NCBI GenBank assembly: GCA_964570965.1
Contig: CAZNAX010000003.1
Span: 3,874 to 67,873 of the forward strand
Source: an uncultured Desulfatibacillum sp.
GTDB lineage: Bacteria > Desulfobacterota > Desulfobacteria > Desulfobacterales > SpSt-501
Direction of reading: 5' to 3'
Length of the DNA: 64,000 nucleotides
Both the position numbers and the translations under genes were made by a program. The notes beneath the pieces are model-generated. The model did not search any database and was not told the origin of the DNA. It saw only the letters and a program-made list of their open reading frames with translations. This document shows, one piece after another, positions 18,665 to 26,329 of this stretch (its first letter is position 1; every line of letters begins with the position of its first letter).

Positions 18665-20848
18665 CTACATAAATTCCTGCAAATTTCGCAGCCGGAGGAT
18701 CATCTCAGCGTGTTCGCTGCTGGCGAAGTGAACAAATGCATCCGCGTTGGCCATGGCTTGCTTGTCATAATGAACCACCGATCCGGCAATTTTAGCCGGG
18801 AGCGCCGGGCCCGATGCAGCCACCGGCTTCGCGTTGACATGTTTTAACAAGCGCCGAGCGATGAGGTGCGCCTCTTTTACGGTCGTCATCGGCAGGATCG
18901 CGATGAAAAGATTGCCCCTCATTGTTCCGATCCAATCAGCGCCGCGCAACTGCCGCTGGATTTCCGACAAAAGCGCAGCCCTCGTCTCCATTGGCACATC
19001 GGGGCCGTCCGGAACCGCAGACGCGGGGCCCCCTTTCGAAAAAGAAAAGGTGATTCCGCTTAAATCAGTCCCATATCTCGCCGAACGCGAGATTTCCTTC
19101 TCCAACAGCGCATAAGTAATTTCTTGGTTGAAAGCAACCTCATGGATCCTGCCCCCGTCGTTTTGCCCGTTTTTCTGGGCCTGCTGGATCCGTTCGAAAA
19201 TTTGTTGAAAATCGTTTTCATCCAGTCGCCGCCCGAAGTTATCGGCGCGCAGCTTCTTTAATACCTGCTTCAGCTCTTGATCCTCGGACAGTCCCTCCTC
19301 AAGGCGTTGTAACAGCGTCAATTGCCGCGGATCCCTGGCATTAAGGGATGCACTGTACGACGCCAGCTCGGCACGTATCGCTTCGACGCTGGCGTCCAAG
19401 CGCGCCTTCAAGCGGTTTTCCACCTCATCGACGAGTTGAGGGGCGATTCCTTCGCCGCGAAGGCCCTCGGCCAGCTGGGTGTTGAAAAAATTCGCCAATT
19501 TCCGGAGCCGCTCGTCCCCGGCCCCCTCCATGTTGGATCCGACGTTTAGCATTTTCGGACCGAGCCGCTCGATGTAGCCGACCAAGATGTCGCACAAGGA
19601 TTGAGCGCTGCCGGCCTGCCGCTCGATCTCGGTTGCCAAATACAAAAACCGCGCCAAACCAGCGGGATCGGCCTTCCAGCGGTTCGTCAAATCGGCTTCG
19701 TCCACCCCGATCGCCTCGGCGCCTTGCTTCACCCATTCGGCGAGTTGAACATCCTGGCGGTCCTTGCCCAACCGCTTGACTAAATCCAAGAAATCCGACA
19801 GCGGCATCCCTTCTGCGACCAGGCCATCTCTTATTTTGGGCAGCAGCCGTCGCAGCTCCCTGTCGGAGGGGACGATTCGCTGCAGCACGAACGCCAAACG
19901 CTCAATGGAAGTCTTGCCTCTATCGTACTCCTTCCGGAGCAACTCCAGAATGACGGTATCCGATAGCTCTTCGGCCTGCTGGCTGACCTCCTCGGGTGAA
20001 TCCATCAGGATTCCCAGCGAGCTCTGGGTGTGAATCGCCTCCTGGAGTTCGTGCTTCATTTTCACCAAAGCGGAGGCCAACTCCGAAAGGCTGAGCGAGG
20101 AGCCTTCGGATAACATCTTTCGGACTTCATGCCCCAGCAACGCGAGGCGCTCGGCAATTGAACGGGAAGGCCCCTGAGCGAGGTCCGCCTCGCTGTTCCG
20201 GCCGGCCGCACCCCGCGCGACTAAATTTCTTGAAAAAGTCAACGGGTCGTTTATCAGTTCTTTCAGGGACAGACCTTGATCGACCTCCTCCAGGAGCAAT
20301 TTCCCCGCAATCATGCCTAACGCTTCCTGGTATTGGCGGGAGGCGTTCAATTCATCGCTGAGCGTCTCCGACTTTGCGACGGTCCCTTTTGGAACGATCC
20401 GATCATCCTCCGTCACCTTCTTATAGGAGACATGATTGATGCGAAGGTGCGTGATCTGCATCGAGCCGCAGGCGCTTTTCATCAGATCGGCTGTCGGGAA
20501 GTTGCGGGTATCCAGGAATATTTTCAAAAACCCCTCGACCTCACGCTTCTGGACATCCTGAAGCACGGCAATCGAAGTCACCTTCGCCTTGTTAAAATGA
20601 GATGACATCTTGAAGTAATTCAGGCTCGAATCCAGCGGTTCGTCCTCGAGGAAGAACTGCCCCCGGCTGTAAAGCAACACCAGCGGTGAAGCGGTTTTGA
20701 GCAATTCGCATATGGATCGATAGAACTCCTCCACCGCCTGGACCGAATAGGGATGAACGAGACCATACATGGATACGCGATTAAACATGAGCACGAAGGA
20801 CTTGCCGGCCTTGTGATGGCCTTTTTTGATGGAATGCAATTTGATCAT
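18665..20848 (-). CDS. 727-aa uncharacterised helical protein with C-terminal degenerate GGDEF-like domain
   Basis: Intact ORF whose ATG overlaps the kinase stop (ATGA at 20845-20848). The last ~170 aa align by eye to the GGDEF fold ('RGADWIGTMRGNLFIAILPMT...AHLIARRLLKHV...IAGSVVHY'), with GG(D/E)EF replaced by RGNLF. Confidence 0.7.
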   Translation of the reverse strand: MIKLHSIKKGHHKAGKSFVLMFNRVSMYGLVHPYSVQAVEEFYRSICELLKTASPLVLLYSRGQFFLEDEPLDSSLNYFKMSSHFNKAKVTSIAVLQDVQKREVEGFLKIFLDTRNFPTADLMKSACGSMQITHLRINHVSYKKVTEDDRIVPKGTVAKSETLSDELNASRQYQEALGMIAGKLLLEEVDQGLSLKELINDPLTFSRNLVARGAAGRNSEADLAQGPSRSIAERLALLGHEVRKMLSEGSSLSLSELASALVKMKHELQEAIHTQSSLGILMDSPEEVSQQAEELSDTVILELLRKEYDRGKTSIERLAFVLQRIVPSDRELRRLLPKIRDGLVAEGMPLSDFLDLVKRLGKDRQDVQLAEWVKQGAEAIGVDEADLTNRWKADPAGLARFLYLATEIERQAGSAQSLCDILVGYIERLGPKMLNVGSNMEGAGDERLRKLANFFNTQLAEGLRGEGIAPQLVDEVENRLKARLDASVEAIRAELASYSASLNARDPRQLTLLQRLEEGLSEDQELKQVLKKLRADNFGRRLDENDFQQIFERIQQAQKNGQNDGGRIHEVAFNQEITYALLEKEISRSARYGTDLSGITFSFSKGGPASAVPDGPDVPMETRAALLSEIQRQLRGADWIGTMRGNLFIAILPMTTVKEAHLIARRLLKHVNAKPVAASGPALPAKIAGSVVHYDKQAMANADAFVHFASSEHAEMILRLRNLQEFM

Positions 20849-21771
20849 TGTTCGTCGTATTCCATGTATTTCCGCCCATAGCCGCGCAGCGCATCCAGGA
20901 AATGGGCGCAGGAAGGAAATCGCTGCCGCGGATCGGACGCCGTAGCCGTAGCCACGATGGCGTCCATCTCCGGATGGAGACGCGGGTTGGCCTGGGACGG
21001 CGGTTTAATGAAAATTGGCTGCTCGTTGAACTTTCTCCTGAGCAGATCCTGGTAAGACGAGCAGGCAGCCAACGGCAGCTTATCAACCACGAGCCTGAAA
21101 AGCAGTACGCCGGCCGCGTAGACATCCGTACGGGCATCGGTTTCTGCCAGCCTGACTTGCTCCGGAGCCATGTAGAGTGGACTCCCGCGAAGCGCCGGGC
21201 CGACGTCGGTGGGGTGGCCGGCCATTTTGGATATCCCGAAATCGGTGATGATCGGAATGAGGCCGGCCGTGCACATCAAAATGTTCTCGGGCTTGATGTC
21301 CAGATGAATCACGCCCCGGCCATGCGCGTACCCCAAAGCCTCCAAGAGTTGTCTGAGAACTGAGAGAGTCGTTTTCAGGGGCAGCATCCGGCGGGAGGGG
21401 AGAACGTTGCGCGCGATCTTATCAAGAACCGCCGATAGGGAGGTTCCATCGATCAATTGCATGGTGAAATATCGGAAATGCTCATTCGTTCCGATATCGT
21501 ATATCGGCACGATATTCGGATGCGATAGACCGGCAACGGCCTCGGCTTCCTGTTCAAAAAGACGGATGGAATCATCCGTACACATGCACTTTGGCAGCAC
21601 TTTCACCGCAATTCGCCGATTTAAAGATTGCTGATACGCGATGAAGACGATCCCCATGCTGCCGCGCGCCAGCTCCTTCAGGATGGTCGCGTTACCGATG
21701 CTCATGCCGATGGCATGCGTAGCATCATATGGGTCGGTATAAGTGACATTCATCGCTTCGACTGCCATCAT
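20845..21771 (-). CDS. Hanks-type Ser/Thr protein kinase (kinase domain only)
   Basis: 308 aa. 'LARGSMGIVF', 'IAVKVL', 'HLDIKPENIL', 'TDFGISK', 'SPLYMAPEQ'. Confidence 0.9.
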   Translation of the reverse strand: MMAVEAMNVTYTDPYDATHAIGMSIGNATILKELARGSMGIVFIAYQQSLNRRIAVKVLPKCMCTDDSIRLFEQEAEAVAGLSHPNIVPIYDIGTNEHFRYFTMQLIDGTSLSAVLDKIARNVLPSRRMLPLKTTLSVLRQLLEALGYAHGRGVIHLDIKPENILMCTAGLIPIITDFGISKMAGHPTDVGPALRGSPLYMAPEQVRLAETDARTDVYAAGVLLFRLVVDKLPLAACSSYQDLLRRKFNEQPIFIKPPSQANPRLHPEMDAIVATATASDPRQRFPSCAHFLDALRGYGRKYMEYDEQ

Positions 21772-22017
21772 CGCCCTGGGCCGGGTCCAACTGAACCAAC
21801 CTGCGGGTGCCTGCTTCTATATTCGGCCACTTTCCTGAAATCTGAAGAAAACCAGCTTTACGCGGTTTGGATGAACAACCCCGCTGGAGGCTGCGATTGC
21901 ATTCACTTTGATTTGCCATCTCAGCCGCGGGGTTGAAACCTTTCCGGAATTGTGGTGTAATATCAATTAACACCCGTTTGCCTTCGAGCTGCAAATCTCC
22001 GCCGGAACAAGACGGTT

Positions 22018-22407
22018 ATGGAACACATCCTGATCATTGATGATGAAGCCCCCATCCGTTCCATGATCCGGCTCATGCTAGAGCGAGCCGGCTATACGGT
22101 AGCCGAAGCGTCGGACGGCGTTGAAGGAATCCGATGCTTTCGTGAAAGGCCGGCGGACCTGGTTATCACCGATCTGATTATGCCCAACAAAGATGGGATC
22201 GGCATGATCCTTGAGCTGAAAAAGGAATTCTCCGCGGCAAAAATAATTGCCATGTCCGGAGGTGGCCTGAATCGGCCGGAAGGTTATCTGCGCGGGGCTC
22301 AAAAGCTGGGAGCGGCCTACACGCTATCGAAGCCCATCAACCGCCAGGAGCTTCTAAGAGCCGTCAAAGACACCCTTAAGGGCCAAGCCGAAACCCCACC
22401 TCCCTGA
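22018..22407 (+). CDS. stand-alone CheY-like response-regulator receiver
   Basis: 129 aa. 'ILIIDDE', 'DLVITDLIMPNKDG', 'IIAMSGGG...KP'. Confidence 0.9.
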   Translation: MEHILIIDDEAPIRSMIRLMLERAGYTVAEASDGVEGIRCFRERPADLVITDLIMPNKDGIGMILELKKEFSAAKIIAMSGGGLNRPEGYLRGAQKLGAAYTLSKPINRQELLRAVKDTLKGQAETPPP

Positions 22408-22579
22408 TCCTGCCTATCCTTCCGACCCGCCCCACCGACCGCTGCTGTGACCCGATGTTAGGCTCTTTAGTTCGTTCTTAAAAGCTGTTATGCTGTATTT
22501 TTTAGGGTAGCGACTGGCTCTCAGGTTGTTTTGCAATATGATATTTGCATCGAGGAAAATAACCGTCGATAGGCTGCGA

Positions 22580-23371
22580 ATGCACCGCCTCACCTTATGG
22601 ATGGCCGCTCTGATTGGATTCTCGGGTCTGATTGGGCATGCATGGGTCGAGGCCTCGGACACGATCTATTTCAAGGACGGCATGCGGACCGTATGCGAGG
22701 GCAACGCCTGGGAAAAAGGCGACGAAATCCACTGTGAATATGACGGGGGGCTGCTGATTTATCCGAAGTCCGACGTGGCGCAGATCGAAAAAGGGCGATC
22801 GGTCGAGCCGGAACTGGATTCAAAAAACGCCCCGGAGATCGAGCCCCCAGCTGCCCAAGAAGCGCCCTCCATTCCGGCACCTTCACCAGAAACCGCCTCG
22901 TCCGCAACACCCGGAAACTCTCCAGGCATCGCGTTTTACGACCCGCGGCGTCCTCAAAAATACTGGAGCAGCGAAGGCCGCCATCATGATACCTTTCGGG
23001 ACGCCATCTCGGCTTTATCGGAGGAGTTCAACCGCCCCGCCGCATGGATCGAAGAAAACTTGGGGGACAGCAACGAGCTGAGTGAGGTACGGCAAACCCT
23101 TGCATTGCGCCTTATGCAATCCACCGCAGCCAACGCCACCCCAGCTCCCCCACTAGACGCCGCCATAGAGTTCTATAACCCGCGGCGCGCCGGGAAATAT
23201 ATGACGGGCCCCGAGGCCAGACACGACAGCTTTCAGGACGCATTAGACGCCTTGGCCCGCGAATTCGATAAACCAGCCGATTGGGTGGAACGAAACATGG
23301 GAGAGTCCAACGATGTCGATCAGATTCGCCAAAATCTAAAAAACGCCCAAGAAGCCGAAACCGATGGATGA
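22580..23371 (+). CDS. secreted hypothetical protein with N-terminal small beta-rich motif, Pro-rich linker and a tandem ~58-aa repeat
   Basis: Start set at ATG 22580, giving the signal peptide MHRLTLWMAALIGFSGLIGHAWVEA|SD (ORF-track start 22526). No family recognised. Confidence 0.65.
   Translation: MHRLTLWMAALIGFSGLIGHAWVEASDTIYFKDGMRTVCEGNAWEKGDEIHCEYDGGLLIYPKSDVAQIEKGRSVEPELDSKNAPEIEPPAAQEAPSIPAPSPETASSATPGNSPGIAFYDPRRPQKYWSSEGRHHDTFRDAISALSEEFNRPAAWIEENLGDSNELSEVRQTLALRLMQSTAANATPAPPLDAAIEFYNPRRAGKYMTGPEARHDSFQDALDALAREFDKPADWVERNMGESNDVDQIRQNLKNAQEAETDG
22928..23338 (+). repeat. in-frame tandem duplication of a ~58-aa unit (period 79 aa / 237 nt) inside the secreted protein
   Basis: IAFYDPRRPQKYWSSEGRHHDTFRDAISALSEEFNRPAAWIEENLGDSNELSEVRQTL versus IEFYNPRRAGKYMTGPEARHDSFQDALDALAREFDKPADWVERNMGESNDVDQIRQNL. 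28 of 58 positions are identical in my hand alignment. Confidence 0.8.
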
Positions 23372-23414
23372 AATTGACGATTGAAATGCGGGGGTTGCAT
23401 AAAGGGCCATCGTA

Positions 23415-23443
23415 TTGACATGCGGTATGCTTTTCGATAGGAT
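23415..23443 (+). promoter_or_regulatory. candidate sigma70-type promoter for the 23526 gene
   Basis: TTGACA (23415-23420), 17-nt spacer, TAGGAT (23438-23443), in a visibly A/T-rich intergenic stretch. Confidence 0.4.
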
Positions 23444-23525
23444 CAAAAAAGTTTATTTTGTAATATAAGACAGTTATATTCAGATTTATGGGGTCGGTAT
23501 CGTGGTGTGAAAGGATAACCGGGAA

Positions 23526-24083
23526 ATGCCCACACTGAACCGGGATATTGTCATCGTTTTCAGAATTATCGCCAGCTGCTTAACAGCCGGATTTCTTATC
23601 TTTTTCATTTCCGCCTTTTCCGGCGAAGACCTGCTTAAGAACCACAGCACCATCAAGGACTTGGACCGGATCCTGGGAGAGATTTCTGGCGAACTGAACG
23701 GCAAAATCGAGCACCGGATCCGGCAGCTGGGCGAGGCACCGAAAAAAAACCCCTATCGCAAATTCTATTGTGCGGAATTGGCGAAAGAGATCCACGAAGT
23801 ATCGTACTTGACGGAAAAACAGAAGATCATGTTCGATGCTTACAGCGTGCGCGATTTCGAGAATAAATCCAAACGACTGGTTTCATATTCCGAAACGGCC
23901 AACGTGGAAGGCCTGCTGGAGGAACTCGATATCGTCAAGCGCGAGCTCAAGAACTCGGTCAACCTCATCGACAAACTCAGGGAAAAACTGATCCGCCAAA
24001 GAACCGCCTACCTGGTTTTGTTTTTTATTCTCTGGATCGCCATCTACTTTTACTACGGTCGGGGGTTCATCCGAAACCGATGA
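23526..24083 (+). CDS. hypothetical 2-TM protein with central coiled coil
   Basis: 185 aa. N-terminal TM 'IVIVFRIIASCLTAGFLIFFISAF', C-terminal TM 'AYLVLFFILWIAIYFYY', charged heptad-like middle. A/T-richer than its surroundings. No homolog recognised. Confidence 0.55.
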   Translation: MPTLNRDIVIVFRIIASCLTAGFLIFFISAFSGEDLLKNHSTIKDLDRILGEISGELNGKIEHRIRQLGEAPKKNPYRKFYCAELAKEIHEVSYLTEKQKIMFDAYSVRDFENKSKRLVSYSETANVEGLLEELDIVKRELKNSVNLIDKLREKLIRQRTAYLVLFFILWIAIYFYYGRGFIRNR

Positions 24084-24159
24084 AGGCATGCCGCTCGCAA
24101 CCGCCGTCCACTCGGCAAGCAACTGGGTATTTGGTTAACCCCCTCGTTATGGGCATTGC

Positions 24160-25689
24160 ATGTATCTCTCATTTTACCAGCTAACGCATAAACCCTTTCA
24201 AATCACCACGGATCCAAAGTTTCTGTGGTTGGGTGAAAAGCACACGGAAGCGCTGGCAACACTCAAGTACGGCATTCAAGAGGACAAGGGCTTTCTCCTG
24301 CTCACGGGCGATGTCGGCACCGGCAAAACCGCCCTGATCAAGCTGTTGGTCAAAACCATCGACGTGACGGCGCTCGTGGCGACTATTCCGGACCCCGGCA
24401 TGGAAGCCATCGATTTCTTCAATTTTCTCGCCGCCGAGTTTCAGATGAACCGCCGCTTCGCCTCCAAAGGCGAGTTTCTGATCGAGTTCAAGCAATTTCT
24501 GCTCAAGGCGTACTCCTCCCGGCAGAAAGTGCTGCTGATCATCGACGAGGCGCAACGGCTCACCGTCGAGATGCTAGAGCAGGTCCGATTGTTATCGAAT
24601 ATCGAACTCGAAAACCGGAAGCTGATCAACATCTTTTTCGTCGGCCAGACCGAGTTTAACCGGATTCTGTTGGATGAGCGCAGCAAAGCGGTGCGCCAGC
24701 GGATCACGGTGAGCTACCATATCGAACCGCTGAAAGAAAGCGAAACCCCGCTGTACATGCGCCACCGTCTGAAGGTGGCCGGCGCGCGCAGAGAGCTTTT
24801 TACGCCGGAGGCGGTTCGGCAGATTCACGCCTTTTCGCGCGGCTATCCACGCCTGATCAATATTATCTGCGATCACGCCTTGCTGACGGGGTACGCGGCA
24901 GGGGCAACATCCATCGACCACAACCTAATCCGAGACTGCGAAAAGGAGCTGCGCTTGCCGGACCCGCCTTCGGCTCCCGGCACGGGCGGTTTCAGCAGCC
25001 CTCCGATCCCATCCGCGACCGACGCGGATGCGCAGGCCGTTTCAAACCGAGGGTTTAATTGGAAACTGCCTGCCGCCCTGGTTTTCCTGCTCCTTTTGGG
25101 TTTCACCAGCCTGATGATATACCAATACCGGTCCCAGGAATCCCAGCGATGGTCGCTCGAAGACATTGCGCCGCAGACCTACAAAGGCCGGGCGGGTTCA
25201 GCCACGGCGCTTGAACCTCCGGCGGCCGCCGGCGGGGATGAGTCCTCCGATCTTCAACCCGCCCCGAGGCCAATTCCGCCCGTCGCCGTGGCTGGGTCGG
25301 GAGCCACGCCAGAGGAGGTTTCCGCCGAAGCGCTCGCCGCCAATCCCTTTTCGCGGGGACGGGTGATCATTTTCTTCCCTTACAACTCGAACGAGCTCAC
25401 CTCTCAGGCTTTGGCCGCTCTGGATCAGATTGCGTTGTTCCTAAAATCGAACCGGGAGGCCAAAGCCAGCATCCGGGGTTACACGGATTCGGTGGGTTCG
25501 CTCACTTACAACCTTAGCGTTTCGCAATTTAGAGCCAACTCGATCAAGAGCTATCTCGCGGGGAAGGGCGTGAATGCCTCGCACTTGATCGCGGAAGGCC
25601 TGGGGCCCAAGAATCCCCTTGCCTCAAACGACACCCTCGAAGGCCGGCAACAAAATCGACGGGTTGAAATTGAACTGCGCCAAGAATGA
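24160..25689 (+). CDS. ExeA-like AAA+ ATPase, TM helix and C-terminal OmpA-like peptidoglycan-binding domain
   Basis: 509 aa. 'FLWLGEKHTEALATLKYG', Walker A 'GDVGTGKT', Walker B 'LLIIDEAQ', 'SRGYPRLINIICDHAL' (ExeA/GspA family). TM 'LPAALVFLLLLGFTSLMIY'. OmpA_C motifs 'IRGYTDSVGSLTYNLSVSQFRANSIKSYL' and 'NRRVEIEL'. Confidence 0.85.
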   Translation: MYLSFYQLTHKPFQITTDPKFLWLGEKHTEALATLKYGIQEDKGFLLLTGDVGTGKTALIKLLVKTIDVTALVATIPDPGMEAIDFFNFLAAEFQMNRRFASKGEFLIEFKQFLLKAYSSRQKVLLIIDEAQRLTVEMLEQVRLLSNIELENRKLINIFFVGQTEFNRILLDERSKAVRQRITVSYHIEPLKESETPLYMRHRLKVAGARRELFTPEAVRQIHAFSRGYPRLINIICDHALLTGYAAGATSIDHNLIRDCEKELRLPDPPSAPGTGGFSSPPIPSATDADAQAVSNRGFNWKLPAALVFLLLLGFTSLMIYQYRSQESQRWSLEDIAPQTYKGRAGSATALEPPAAAGGDESSDLQPAPRPIPPVAVAGSGATPEEVSAEALAANPFSRGRVIIFFPYNSNELTSQALAALDQIALFLKSNREAKASIRGYTDSVGSLTYNLSVSQFRANSIKSYLAGKGVNASHLIAEGLGPKNPLASNDTLEGRQQNRRVEIELRQE

Positions 25690-25716
25690 TTCCCGAAAAC
25701 TATTCCGCAGAGGGTT

Positions 25717-26157
25717 TCAAACTCCGAAATGAAACCTTATCCTGAGCAGATCGCGGGTGGCCGGACTGACCGTCAGCCGGGTCAATTCCGTGGGGGAAAC
25801 CCAGCGTGCGTCAATGGCATCGCCAGCTGGGTGTAACGATCCCTCCACGTATTCCGCCATCACGTCCACCACCACGTAGTGAAACCGGACGGCTCCGTCC
25901 GCATCTCTTTCGATTACATCAAATGTGAACGCCGGCTCGCGAGCCTGAATGCGCACGCCGGTTTCCTCAAAAACTTCGCGCTGGGCGGCCTGCTGGAGGG
26001 TTTCCCCGATTTCGACACTACCGCCGGGGATGGCCCAGTTGCCTTCGGCCGGCGGCTTACCCCGCAGGACCAGCAGGATGCGCTCATTCTTGAAAATGAT
26101 TGCGCCGACGGCCACCCGCGGACAGTCCGGATATGAATTCCGGTTCGCTACCCCCAT
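25717..26157 (-). CDS. NUDIX hydrolase
   Basis: Nudix box 'GGSVEIGETLQQAAQREVFEETGV'. Start moved to ATG 26155-26157; the 213-aa ORF-track version would overlap the divergent aminotransferase start. Confidence 0.8.
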   Translation of the reverse strand: MGVANRNSYPDCPRVAVGAIIFKNERILLVLRGKPPAEGNWAIPGGSVEIGETLQQAAQREVFEETGVRIQAREPAFTFDVIERDADGAVRFHYVVVDVMAEYVEGSLHPAGDAIDARWVSPTELTRLTVSPATRDLLRIRFHFGV

Positions 26158-26329
26158 GGCGTCCACCGGTTTCGGGCAATTGACGGCTGCGCCATTATCC
26201 GAATCCCAAAGACCGGTGGCCCGGCTGAAAGGGTCTCTGTATTGACACCGATCGCCTTTTCTCCTATCTACAGATGCCTTTAACCCCGGATCGCACCGCC
26301 GCTCCGGCCATCTTGATGCAGTCAGGGAT

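Noticed and set aside
22533-22550. Imperfect inverted repeat TGCAATAT-GA-TATTTGCA upstream of the secreted-protein gene, considered as an operator
   Set aside because: The arms differ by an indel, and I found no second copy in the window. It is noted only as a possible site and is not supported enough for a feature call.
25713-25736. 7-bp hairpin GGTTTCA...TGAAACC between the ExeA-OmpA and NUDIX genes, considered as a bidirectional terminator
   Set aside because: It has no flanking T or A run, and one arm lies within the NUDIX coding sequence. The evidence is insufficient.
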